Counted from the stretch's first letter, positions 17,907-31,641 are shown. The stretch: DNA of 32,000 bases from Halorhodospira halophila SL1 (GCF_000015585.1 NC_008789.1:1740001-1772000); one strand, 5' to 3'. The notes: generated by a model from the sequence alone, not told the origin. Numbers and translations are program-made.

Positions 17907-18050
17907 CTAGCGTTCGTCGTCCCGGCCGCGCTCGCGCTCTTCGCGAATCTGACGCAGATCGCGGCGCATGATCACGATCTCTCGCACTGCGTAGCCCATG
18001 GCCAGCGCCACGAGCGCTAGCTTGAAGATGATGAAACCAGGCAAATCCAT
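17907..18050 (-). CDS. Hypothetical 47-aa single-pass membrane protein downstream of gltD
   Basis: MDLPGFIIFKLALVALAMGYAVREIVIMRRDLRQIREERERGRDDER. ATG at 18050 is preceded by GGAAGAGGA, 31 nt after the gltD stop. Third-position G/C is high, consistent with coding. I recognise no homolog. Confidence 0.4.
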   Translation of the reverse strand: MDLPGFIIFKLALVALAMGYAVREIVIMRRDLRQIREERERGRDDER

Positions 18051-18081
18051 GGTGGGCGTATCCTCTTCCAGCGATCTTCGA

Positions 18082-19540
18082 TCAGCGGGGCAGATCGCTC
18101 GTGCCCTGCAGCCACTTGTCGACCGCATGAGCGCACTGCCGGCCTTCGCGGATTGCCCAGACCACGAGTGACTGGCCCCGACGCATGTCTCCGGCGACGA
18201 AGACGCCATCCGTACTGGTCTTGTAGGCATCCGCTCCTTCAGTATCGCCGCGTACATTGCCGCGGTCATCGAGTTCCAGCCCCCCCTTCTCCTCCAGTTC
18301 AGCGATCATCCCCGCACGGACCGGGTGGAGAAACCCCATAGCCAGAAAGACCCGATCGGCCGGCATCTCGGCCTCGCTACCGGGGATCTCGCTCATCTGC
18401 CAGCGGCCCTGCTGGTCCTTGTGCCACTCAACCTTGGCGTAACGGATCGCGCGGACATGGCCGCTGCCATCGCCGACGAACTCCTTGGTCAGGAAGTTCC
18501 ACATCCGCTCGCACCCCTCTTGGTGGGAGGTCGATGTGTTGAGTTTCTCCGGCCAGTAGGGCCAGGTCAGCTCTTTATCCTCTTTTTCCGGCGGCTTATT
18601 GAGGATTTCCACCTGGGTCACAGAGCGTGCCCCATGACGACACGAGGTCCCCACACAGTCGGAGCCCGTATCGCCGCCACCGATGACCACCACGTGCTTG
18701 CCCTGGGCGTCAATGAACGCGTCGTCGGGCACATACACGCCCTGGACCCGCTTGCTGTTGGCGGTCAAAAATTCCATGGCGAAGTGGACGCCGTTGAGTT
18801 CGCGACCGGGCACAGGCAGGTCACGAGGCTGCTCACTGCCACCGGCGAGGACCACCGAATCAAACTCATCACGCAGTTGGGCGATCGGTATGTCCACCCC
18901 GACATGGGTCAACGTGTGGAACTGCACCCCTTCGGTGCGCATCTGTGCGATACGCCGGTCGATGTGCCTCTTCTCAAGCTTGAAATCGGGGATGCCGTAT
19001 CGCAGGAGCCCGCCGATTGCGTCGGCTTTCTCGTAGACATCAACGTTATGGCCAACCCGCGCGAGTTGTTGGGCGCAGGCCAGGCCCGCCGGCCCGGAAC
19101 CAACGACGGCAATCCGCTTACCCGTCCGGCGGCGGGCCACCCGGGGACGGATCAGCCCCGCTTCCCACGCCCGATCGACGATGCTGCATTCGATGGTCTT
19201 GATGGATACAGGACTGTCATCGAGGTTCAGGGTACAGGAGGCCTCACAGGGTGCCGGGCAGACCCTGCCGGTGAATTCAGGGAAGTTGTTGGTGGCGTGC
19301 AACTCTTCGACGGCCCGCTCCCATTCACCGCGGTAGACCATGTCGTTCCAGTTCGGGATCAGGTTGTCCACCGGACAGCCGCTGTGGCAGAAGGGGATGC
19401 CGCAGTCCATACAGCGAGCCCCCTGTTGGCCGACTTGCTCCCGGCTGAGCGGGATCAGGAACTCCCCGTAGTGGAAGACGCGCTTACAGGCCGGCTGATA
19501 GCCGTACTCTTGGCGCTCGTGTTCCAAGAATCCAGTTTGT

Positions 19541-19548
<8 letters not shown>
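18082..19548 (-). CDS. gltD: Glutamate synthase (NADPH) small subunit
   Basis: [13 protein letters not shown]... N-terminus, Cys clusters for Fe-[13 protein letters not shown] and [11 protein letters not shown] dinucleotide folds. ATG at 19548 overlaps the gltB 3' end by 8 nt. Confidence 0.95.
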
Positions 19549-24202
<4,654 letters not shown>

Positions 24203-24557
24203 GTGCGACCTCTTTAGCAACTACTCGCTGATCGTCGCCGACGGCGTAGCGGGCGGGTGGGCGGGCAGGCAGGTTCCGGGTGACGACCCGTTTGGACGAT
24301 TATGGATTGTCGGGCGGCCCGTTTTAGCGGACTTGGGCTGGGTTTTGCGTGTGAGCCGACTGAGGGCGGGGGAAGGCGGCCAGGCGGTGGCCGCTGACAA
24401 TCGGAGGTAGATATGCGCCCACTCAAGGCGAACGCAATCGGGGAGTGCATGACCGACGCTGGCCGGAACACCCGGCGCGGCTCGCCACACCGCGGCTCGT
24501 ATCCCCAGCCGAACCGGCGAGCCCTGGAAGGCGTGCCCGTCAGTAGAACCGCCGGAA

Positions 24558-25652
24558 TCAGCCGGAGACCTGGCGCCCGGATCGGGCGGCATCCATACGC
24601 TCCAGGCGCTCCGCATCCATCCGCTCGAGGCGCTCGAACAGGCCCAGCACCCAAGCGACCTGCCCCTCGAGGCGCCCCGGCGGACCCACAGCCTCGGGTG
24701 CCTGCCGGACGGCATCGATCAGGTACTGCCCCTGTGGTAAGGCCGGCGCCGAGTCGTCCCGCGGAGCGGCGGCCAGGGTCGAGGCCACCTGGGAGAGGAC
24801 GCGCAGCTTGCGCTGCGCGCCGACTACGGCCCGCTGATTGACCGAGTCGCAGTCCCGGCGCTCGAGTTCGCGGCCGATCTCAGCGTAGAGGAGCCGGGCG
24901 GCACACAGCCCCGGGCGTACCCGCCGCGGCAGCGCGTGGAAGCCCGGCATGGCCCGTTCGTAGTGGCGATCGGCGTCACACAGAAGGCGCTGAATGACCC
25001 TGCCGAGCTCCGGCGAGAATTGCGGCCGGGCTAGGAATGCGTCCGGGTCGACACCGGCCTCGTACATCCACTGCCGCGGCAGATAAAGCCGGCCGCGCCG
25101 TGCATCCTCGCCGACATCGCGGGCGATGTTGGTCAACTGCATACCGACCCCGAGGTCGCACGCCCGGGCCAGTGCTGAGGGGCTACGCACATCCATGAGC
25201 AGCGACATCATCACCCCGACTGTGCCCGCGACACGCACGGCGTACTCGTAGAGTTCTTCGATGGTCTCGTAACGGCGCCCCTCGGCGTCCCAGCGAAACC
25301 CCTCGATCAACGCCCCCGGCAGGGTCTGCGGGACATTGTAGTAGTGGGCCACGCAGGCGAAGGCACGATCCGCAGGATGGGCCTGCGGCCGACCGGCGTA
25401 GACCGCATCCAGGCGCTCATGCAGCGCCGCCAGTGCCGCCGCATCGCCTGGCCCCTCATCCACGGCATCGTCTGCCTCGCGGCAGAAGGCGTAGAGGGCA
25501 GTGGCGGCATCACGGCGCTCCCGCGGGAGCAGCCAGGACGCGGCCATGAAAGTCCGCGACCCGGTGCTAAGCAGGGCCCGACAAGCTCGGCGATCCGTGT
25601 GGAGCAGATATGGCTCCGGTGCCAGGCTTGGATCAGGCGAAGGTACGAGCAT
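24558..25652 (-). CDS. crtB: Phytoene synthase
   Basis: Squalene/phytoene synthase motifs YAFCREADDAVD and NIARDVGEDARRGRLYLP. The start overlaps the crtI 3' end by 20 nt. Synteny crtI-crtB. Confidence 0.9.
   Translation of the reverse strand: MLVPSPDPSLAPEPYLLHTDRRACRALLSTGSRTFMAASWLLPRERRDAATALYAFCREADDAVDEGPGDAAALAALHERLDAVYAGRPQAHPADRAFACVAHYYNVPQTLPGALIEGFRWDAEGRRYETIEELYEYAVRVAGTVGVMMSLLMDVRSPSALARACDLGVGMQLTNIARDVGEDARRGRLYLPRQWMYEAGVDPDAFLARPQFSPELGRVIQRLLCDADRHYERAMPGFHALPRRVRPGLCAARLLYAEIGRELERRDCDSVNQRAVVGAQRKLRVLSQVASTLAAAPRDDSAPALPQGQYLIDAVRQAPEAVGPPGRLEGQVAWVLGLFERLERMDAERLERMDAARSGRQVSG
24591..24638 (-). repeat. Imperfect 24-nt tandem duplication inside the crtB 3' end (encodes ERLERMDA twice)
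   Basis: atccatacgctccaggcgctccgc / atccatccgctcgaggcgctcgaa, 19 of 24 positions identical, in frame. Confidence 0.85.
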
Positions 25653-27159
25653 CAGGGACTACCTCGTCGAGGATCTTGGCAGAAGAAACCACTCCGGGCA
25701 GACCGGCACCGGGGTGGGTACCGGCGCCGACCAGGTAGAGGTGCTGGACATCTTCACTGCGATTGTGGGGGCGGAACCAGGCGCTTTGCTGCAGCACCGG
25801 CTCCAGGCTGAAACCGGTACCGAGCCAGGACTTCAACCGGTGACGGAAGTCGAGCGGCGTAGCCACCAGCGAGGTCGCCAGCTCATCCTCCAGGCCGGGC
25901 AGAACGGTCTGACTGAGATACTTGGAGATCGCCTGCCGATAAGGCTCGGCCTGCGTCTCCCAGTCCACGTCGCTGCCGAGGTGCGGCACCGGCGAGAGCA
26001 CATAGAAGGCGTCACAGCCCTCGGGCGCCAGCGACGGATCGGTGGCCGTCGGACGGTGCAGGTAGAGGCTGAAGTCGTCCGCCAGCACCTTGCGCTCGAA
26101 AATATCCTGGATGAGTTCCTTGTACCGCGGCCCCATGAGAATGGTGTGGTGCGGTACGTCGTGGTACTGGCGACGGGTACCGAAGTACCAGACGTAAAGC
26201 CCCATGGAGTAGCGCGCCCGATCCAGGCGACGATCGGTCCAGCGACTGCGGGCGCTCGCCGGGACGAGCTTGCGGTAGGTCCAGGCGGCGTCGGCGTTGG
26301 AGACCACGACATCGGCATCGATGCGCTCACCGTTGGCCAGCTCCACACCGGTGGCACGCCCCTGATCCACGGTGATCGCTTCCACATCGGCGTTGTAGCG
26401 GATCTCACCCCCCTGCCCGGCGACCAGATCCGCCATGCCGCTGGCGAGCTTCCCGGTGCCGCCCATGACGTAGTGGACGCCCCAGTGCTGCTCAAGGTAC
26501 TCGATCAGGCAGTAGACCGAGGTGACCGAGAAGGGGTTGCCACCGATGAGCAGCGGATGGAAGCTCAGCACCTGGCGCAGCCGCTCATCCTTGACGTAGC
26601 GCGAGACCAGGCCGTGAACGCTGTAGTAGCTCTGCAACCGGATCAGGTCGGGGACCACGCGCAGCATGTCCGTAAACCGGTTGAACGGCTTATAGCTGAG
26701 CTGCTCGAAGCCGATCCGGAAGATCTCCTCGCTGGCCGCCATGTAGCGGTGATAGCCGTCGAGATCCCCCGGGGCGAAGCGCTCGACTTCGGCCCGCATC
26801 CGCTCCGGATCACCGGTGTAGTCAAAGTGGCTGCCGTCGTCGAAGCGCACCCGGTAGAAGGGATCCATCAGGCGCAGGTCGATGTCGTCCTCGAAACGCC
26901 GCCCGGCCAGTTCCCAGAGCTCACGGAAAAGGAACGGTGCCGTGACGATCGTTGGCCCCGCATCGAAGGTAAAACCGTCTTGCTGGTGCACGTAGGCCCG
27001 GCCACCGGGGCCATCGAGCCGATCCACCACGGTGACGCGGTAACCACGCGCACCGAGGCGGATCGCAGCTGCCAGCCCCCCGAAGCCGGCACCGATAACC
27101 ACGGCGTGGGGCGACTGGCCACCGACAGCGGGAGCAGGGGCATCAGGATTCATTCGCAT
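25633..27159 (-). CDS. crtI: Phytoene desaturase
   Basis: FAD fold HAVVIGAGFGGLAAAIRLG and C-terminal LYLVGAGTHPGAGLPGVVSSAKIL. ATG at 27159 (MRMNPD...) with an AAGGTGA Shine-Dalgarno is preferred to the track start at 27210, which would overlap bchO. Confidence 0.93.
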   Translation of the reverse strand: MRMNPDAPAPAVGGQSPHAVVIGAGFGGLAAAIRLGARGYRVTVVDRLDGPGGRAYVHQQDGFTFDAGPTIVTAPFLFRELWELAGRRFEDDIDLRLMDPFYRVRFDDGSHFDYTGDPERMRAEVERFAPGDLDGYHRYMAASEEIFRIGFEQLSYKPFNRFTDMLRVVPDLIRLQSYYSVHGLVSRYVKDERLRQVLSFHPLLIGGNPFSVTSVYCLIEYLEQHWGVHYVMGGTGKLASGMADLVAGQGGEIRYNADVEAITVDQGRATGVELANGERIDADVVVSNADAAWTYRKLVPASARSRWTDRRLDRARYSMGLYVWYFGTRRQYHDVPHHTILMGPRYKELIQDIFERKVLADDFSLYLHRPTATDPSLAPEGCDAFYVLSPVPHLGSDVDWETQAEPYRQAISKYLSQTVLPGLEDELATSLVATPLDFRHRLKSWLGTGFSLEPVLQQSAWFRPHNRSEDVQHLYLVGAGTHPGAGLPGVVSSAKILDEVVPDARTFA

Positions 27160-27190
27160 GGGTTTCACCTTAAGTACGGTCGGGACTATG

Positions 27191-28102
27191 TCAACGAATA
27201 TCCGCGCCACCGCGACCTTTTGGCGCGGTGGCGCGGATGGCGGCCAGGACCTGCTCGGTCACCCGATCCGGCGCTTCCTCGTGGGCCAGGTGCCCGAGAC
27301 CCTGGAGGATTTCCAGGCGCGCCGACGGCAGCCGCAGGCGCACCCGCTCGGCCTGCGCCGGAGGTACGGTGCGATCCCCGCTGGCCGCGAACAGGACCAG
27401 CGGCACAGTCAGCTGCGGCAGATCCTCCATCAGGGCGTAAAGGCCGTCGTGGGTGCGCGCCATCATGCCCAGCGCCGCGGCGACGTGACCCGGATGGGTT
27501 GCCAATCGCTGATAGAGATCGATGCCGGCCTCGTCGATCCGCGAGCCGGTACGCGCCAGGACATCGGCCAGGAATACGCGGTTACGGGCCCGGAAGGCGA
27601 GCCAGAAGGGGACCAGTGGGTTGTAGGTCAGCAGGCGCGCCGTGGTGGGAAACAGGTGACCGGCGATACCCGAGAACGGCAGGAAGGCCCCATTGATGCT
27701 GATCAGCACATCGGGCTGGATGCGACCATCGAGGGCCATGCGGGCCAACAGGGCCGCACCCACCGAATGGCCAATGGCCACCCGGGGCGCGACCCCCAGT
27801 GCGTCCAGAAGCTCGGCAATCCCCTCGCCCGCACCGGAGAGGGTCTGCAGGCGGCGCGACGGCGCTGCACTGAACCCGTGTCCGGGCAGATCCAGGGCCA
27901 CCACGGTGTAGTGCTCGGCAAGCCGCGGCCCGAAGTCGCGCCAGGAGTGCACCGAGGCGGCACTGCCGTGGAGCAGCAGCGCGGGCGGCCCCTCGCCGTA
28001 GACTTGCACGTGCCAACGCAACCCGCCCGCTTGGACGAACCGACTGGCCTCGTGGTTCGGCCACCCGGCAGCGTCCCGCTCCCAGGCCAACGCCGCTCCC
28101 AT
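27191..28102 (-). CDS. bchO: Alpha/beta-hydrolase, magnesium-chelatase-associated BchO
   Basis: Alpha/beta-hydrolase nucleophile elbow GHSVGAA and an LLHG oxyanion region. 303 aa. Conserved position bchI-bchD-bchO-crtI (Rhodobacter orf284). Confidence 0.8.
   Translation of the reverse strand: MGAALAWERDAAGWPNHEASRFVQAGGLRWHVQVYGEGPPALLLHGSAASVHSWRDFGPRLAEHYTVVALDLPGHGFSAAPSRRLQTLSGAGEGIAELLDALGVAPRVAIGHSVGAALLARMALDGRIQPDVLISINGAFLPFSGIAGHLFPTTARLLTYNPLVPFWLAFRARNRVFLADVLARTGSRIDEAGIDLYQRLATHPGHVAAALGMMARTHDGLYALMEDLPQLTVPLVLFAASGDRTVPPAQAERVRLRLPSARLEILQGLGHLAHEEAPDRVTEQVLAAIRATAPKGRGGADIR
27202..27236 (-). repeat. 13-bp perfect GC-rich inverted repeat (RNA stem-loop) within the last 15 codons of bchO; function unknown
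   Basis: CCGCGCCACCGCG (27202-27214), 9-nt loop, CGCGGTGGCGCGG (27224-27236). On the mRNA strand it ends 7 nt before a TTGACA box (27189-27194) and 42 nt before the crtI ATG. Confidence 0.6.
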
Positions 28103-28117
28103 GACCTTCCTCCCGGT

Positions 28118-29995
28118 CTAGCGCCCCGTACCGGTCACTGCCTGCACTGCCGAACTGATCGAAGAGGCATCAGCTCGCGGCAGCGGCAGATAGTCTGCTC
28201 CCATCGCTTCGGCTAACTCACGGCCCATCGGACGCGGTCGCGGCGAGGTATCCACCACCAATGCCCGGATCCCCATCACGCGGATGGCACGGGCGGCCTC
28301 GGTGGCCTCCTGCTGCGCCTTGTCGCGGCCACCGAGGCCTTCCCGGGTGACATTGGCACGGCCGTCGGTGAGCAGGATCAACACCGGGGTGGCTCCCTTG
28401 CGGCGCACTTCGCCGGTGAGCTGCCGCGCGGTATCGATGCCCGCAGCCAGTGGCGTCCCGCCTCCCCCCGGCAACCCGGCAAGCCCCTTCTTGGCCCGGG
28501 TCAGGGAACGCGTCGGAGGCAGCAGCACTTCGGCCCCCCGCCCCCGGAAGGCAACCAGCGCCACCTCATCCCGGCGCACATAGCACTCGGCCAACAGCAG
28601 CTCCACCGCACCCTTGGCCTCCGAAAGCCGGTGCATGGCCGAAGATCCCGAGGCATCCACCGCGAAGATCGTCGTCGTCTGACTGCGCTGCTTGAAGCGG
28701 GTAACCCGGAAATCCTCGGGGCGGACAATGACCCGCCGCCCCGTCTGATCGTGCTCCCGCCGCAGCGGCTGCCAAGGAGCCGCCGTGCGCAGCGTCTCAA
28801 CCACATTCAGTCGCGCACCCCCACCCGGGTTGCCTGCTCGCACCCCGGCCGGGCGGCCGCGCCCGCCCCCCTGCTGCAGGGCACCGGCACGCCCCGGCGT
28901 CTGCGACCGGTTGCGCTGAGCCAGCTCGCGAATTTTCATCTGCTGGAGCAGGTTATCGGGGAGCACCGCTCTTGCAGCATCCAGCACGAGCTCTGCCGGG
29001 ATTTCCGCCGGCGCCTGCTCCTCGTCCTCATCCTCGTCCTGCCCCTGATCGTCTTCGTCTTGCTCACCGCCATCCTCCTCATCAGGACGCTCGTCGTCCT
29101 CCTGCTCCGGCGGCGGGGGCGGCTCTTCCTGCTCCTGCTGCTCAGTCTCCTGGGTCTCCTGCTGCTCCTCGGGCTGTTCTTCTTCCGGCTGTTGCATCTC
29201 CGGGATGCGGGTGGCCCGCGGCACCAGGATCAGTCGCGTTGCGAGCGCCACGTCCTCCTGGGTCACTTCCGTCCGCCCGGCCAGTGCAGCTGCCGCCCGG
29301 GCAGCACGCAATGCCTGCAGCGGGGCCCGCAATGAGCCGATACCCAGCGCCAGCCCACCGGCACACAGGGCCTCGGCCAACTCATCGGAGCAATGGACCT
29401 GGTCCAGACGGTCCCGCGCCGCCGCCACGTCATCGGCCGTGTACTCACAGCCGCCGGCGACATGCACCGGGATCCCGTTGAGATCGAGGTGGCACCCCAG
29501 CCGATCGCGAAGCGGCCCCACCGGCCGCTCGTCTTCTTCGGCGCCCTCATCCAGGGCGATCACCCCGAAGCGGCTCGTCATCCGCTCGGCCAGGCCGTCC
29601 CTCTCCAGCCGGACCTCGCCGTTATCGAGCACCGCCCCGAGCTTGCCAGCGGTGGCCGGGGCGATGCGCTCGGCCATGGCCAAAACGGCCACGCCGCCAT
29701 CGACCTCGGCCAGCACACCCCGCTCCACCACCGGCCGGCCGGAGCGGAGCGTGGCCGTCAAATCCAGGCCACCAAGCAGGCGACTATCTGAGATATTGAT
29801 CGGGATGCGGCGCCACGGCGTCTCTGCGGGCAGCAGCTCACGCGCGATCTGGACCCAGCGGTCGCGCACCGGCCCGGGCAGTGAACGCAGGCAGACGCCC
29901 CCCACACCGGGCGGGTCGATCGCCAGCAACGCCGCCGCAGTCGCCGCATCCTCCCAGGCCGACTCGGCACTGTTGTAATCGAGCGCAGCGCTCAT
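28118..29995 (-). CDS. bchD: Magnesium chelatase subunit D
   Basis: N-terminal degenerate AAA+ domain, a long acidic/Pro-rich linker (about 29005-29200) and a C-terminal vWA domain (IFAVDASGS). The start overlaps the bchI stop (ATGA). Confidence 0.93.
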   Translation of the reverse strand: MSAALDYNSAESAWEDAATAAALLAIDPPGVGGVCLRSLPGPVRDRWVQIARELLPAETPWRRIPINISDSRLLGGLDLTATLRSGRPVVERGVLAEVDGGVAVLAMAERIAPATAGKLGAVLDNGEVRLERDGLAERMTSRFGVIALDEGAEEDERPVGPLRDRLGCHLDLNGIPVHVAGGCEYTADDVAAARDRLDQVHCSDELAEALCAGGLALGIGSLRAPLQALRAARAAAALAGRTEVTQEDVALATRLILVPRATRIPEMQQPEEEQPEEQQETQETEQQEQEEPPPPPEQEDDERPDEEDGGEQDEDDQGQDEDEDEEQAPAEIPAELVLDAARAVLPDNLLQQMKIRELAQRNRSQTPGRAGALQQGGGRGRPAGVRAGNPGGGARLNVVETLRTAAPWQPLRREHDQTGRRVIVRPEDFRVTRFKQRSQTTTIFAVDASGSSAMHRLSEAKGAVELLLAECYVRRDEVALVAFRGRGAEVLLPPTRSLTRAKKGLAGLPGGGGTPLAAGIDTARQLTGEVRRKGATPVLILLTDGRANVTREGLGGRDKAQQEATEAARAIRVMGIRALVVDTSPRPRPMGRELAEAMGADYLPLPRADASSISSAVQAVTGTGR

Positions 29996-31017
29996 GCAGG
30001 CAGGTGCTCCTCCACGGCTCGCTGGACCCGGGTGGTGGACCCGGACTCGTCGAGGGGATCGCGGCGAAGCCGGTGGCGCAAGGCCACGCTAGCCACCTGA
30101 CGCAGATGCTTGAGCTCGACCTGATCCGCCTGCTCAAGCGCAGCGGCGGCCCGAGCAGCCCGGATCAGCGTCAATTCGCCGCGCAGACCATCGGTCCCGA
30201 GCGCGATACAGAGCGTCGAAGTGCGCTCGAGGATCTCGTCGGTGACCTCCACATGCGGCAGCTTCTCGCGCCCCTTCTCGATCCGCTCGCGCACCTCGGT
30301 GTCCTGCTCCGCCCACTTCTGCACGAACGCCTTCGGATCGGATTCGTACTCATCCCGCCTGCGCACCACCTGCATGCGGGTGTGCAGTTCCTCGGGAGTC
30401 GAGACCTCCACCGACAGTCCGAAGCGGTCGAGCAACTGCGGGCGCAGCTCGCCCTCTTCCGGGTTGCCGCTACCGATGAGGACGAACTTGGCCGGGTGGC
30501 GGACGCTCAAACCTTCGCGCTCGACGACGTTCTCGCCACTAGCGGCCACATCAAGCAGGAGATCGACGATGTGGTCCTCAAGCAGGTTGACCTCGTCGAT
30601 GTAGAGGAAGCCGCGGTTAGCGCGCGCCAGCAGGCCCGGCTCGAACGCCTTTTCGCCCCGAGTTAGCGCCTGTTCCAGATCGAGCGCGCCGACCACGCGA
30701 TCCTCGGTCACGCCCAGCGGCAGATCCACCACTGGCACGTTCATCTCTCGCACGTTCAGCGCCTTGCCCGACTGGATCTGCTCACGGCAGTGGTCGCAGA
30801 GGGTGTCCTCCTTATCCGGATTGCAGTGATACGGGCAGTCAGCTGCGCGAATCGTCGGCAAAAGCCCGGCCAGAGCGCGGACCACCGTCGACTTGCCGGT
30901 GCCGCGATCACCGAAGACCAGAACACCGCCGATGGAGCCGTCCACCGCAGCGATGGTCATCGCGAGCTTCATCTCGTCTTGCCCGGCGATCGCCGAGAAG
31001 GGAAACGCTGGTGCCAT
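29992..31017 (-). CDS. bchI: Magnesium chelatase ATPase subunit I
   Basis: FPFSAIAGQDEMKLAM..., Walker A GDRGTGKST, Walker B LYIDEVNLL. 341 aa. Confidence 0.96.
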   Translation of the reverse strand: MAPAFPFSAIAGQDEMKLAMTIAAVDGSIGGVLVFGDRGTGKSTVVRALAGLLPTIRAADCPYHCNPDKEDTLCDHCREQIQSGKALNVREMNVPVVDLPLGVTEDRVVGALDLEQALTRGEKAFEPGLLARANRGFLYIDEVNLLEDHIVDLLLDVAASGENVVEREGLSVRHPAKFVLIGSGNPEEGELRPQLLDRFGLSVEVSTPEELHTRMQVVRRRDEYESDPKAFVQKWAEQDTEVRERIEKGREKLPHVEVTDEILERTSTLCIALGTDGLRGELTLIRAARAAAALEQADQVELKHLRQVASVALRHRLRRDPLDESGSTTRVQRAVEEHLPA

Positions 31018-31060
31018 GGATTGTGCCGTCCCAGTTTTGAAAATCAGTGACCTTGCGGAA

Positions 31061-31078
31061 GCGGGCCGCCCGGCCCGC
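31061..31078 (-). promoter_or_regulatory. Stem-loop between idi and bchI (GCGGGCC-gccc-GGCCCGC)
   Basis: 7-bp GC stem 36 nt after the idi stop, with no U-tract. The AT-rich palindrome TTTTGAAAA lies at 31035-31043. Confidence 0.3.
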
Positions 31079-31113
31079 GCGCAGATTAACAGAGCGACCC
31101 GGTCGGTACAGCC

Positions 31114-31641
31114 CTAACCCGTCGCCCAGTCAGCAACCGGTTGTTCTTGAATCAGGCGCCGGAACCACGGCGTATACCGCAGGGGATACTGCTGCGTGTC
31201 GGCCTGGATCCGCAACGGGGCAGCCCACTCCCAGGCACCGATCTCAAGCGGATCGGGGGCCGGCTGATCCGTCGGGGCGCGGCCAATCAGCACATGGGCG
31301 TATTCATACTCGGCAAGCCCGGTGTGATGATCCTCCGCGTGGTAGGTAAACTGCGCAACCGGGTGCAGGCGAGTGACGAATCCGAACTCCTCGCCTAATC
31401 GGCGCTCGGCCGCCTCGGTCACGCCCTCGCCGGGCCGCGGGTGGCCACAGCAGGTGTTCGACCAGAGGCCCGAGAAGTGGTACTTACTATCGGCACGGCG
31501 CTGCAGGAGCAGCTCCCCTCGGGGATTGAAGACGAACACGCAGAACGCCAGGTGCAGGGTCCCGCCGTCGGCGTGGGCGCGAATCTTCTCCTCGGTGCCG
31601 ACGCGCTGCCCCTCCGGGTCGACGATCACCACGTGTTCCAT
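31114..31641 (-). CDS. idi: Isopentenyl-diphosphate delta-isomerase, type 1 (Nudix fold)
   Basis: LHLAFCVFVFN..., SNTCCGHPRPGE catalytic Cys motif and a Nudix-like RRLGEEFG. ATG at 31641 with a GGGGAGGA Shine-Dalgarno is preferred to the track start at 31674. Confidence 0.88.
   Translation of the reverse strand: MEHVVIVDPEGQRVGTEEKIRAHADGGTLHLAFCVFVFNPRGELLLQRRADSKYHFSGLWSNTCCGHPRPGEGVTEAAERRLGEEFGFVTRLHPVAQFTYHAEDHHTGLAEYEYAHVLIGRAPTDQPAPDPLEIGAWEWAAPLRIQADTQQYPLRYTPWFRRLIQEQPVADWATG

Noticed and set aside
24203-24557. ORFs in the gltB-crtB spacer (24189..24410 +, 24413..24841 +, 24214..24654 -, 24221..24715 -)
   Set aside because: They overlap one another and crtB, lack ribosome-binding sites, and have Arg/Pro/Gly-rich composition. 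I treat the interval as the gltB promoter/leader region. I did not find a convincing terminator, riboswitch-like structure or sRNA signature by eye.
25501-27696. 731-aa plus-strand ORF, the longest unexplained ORF in the track
   Set aside because: It is antisense to crtI and bchO. Its composition is dominated by Arg/Gly/Pro/Ala, it has no Shine-Dalgarno and no recognisable domain. I treat it as a GC-driven artefact.
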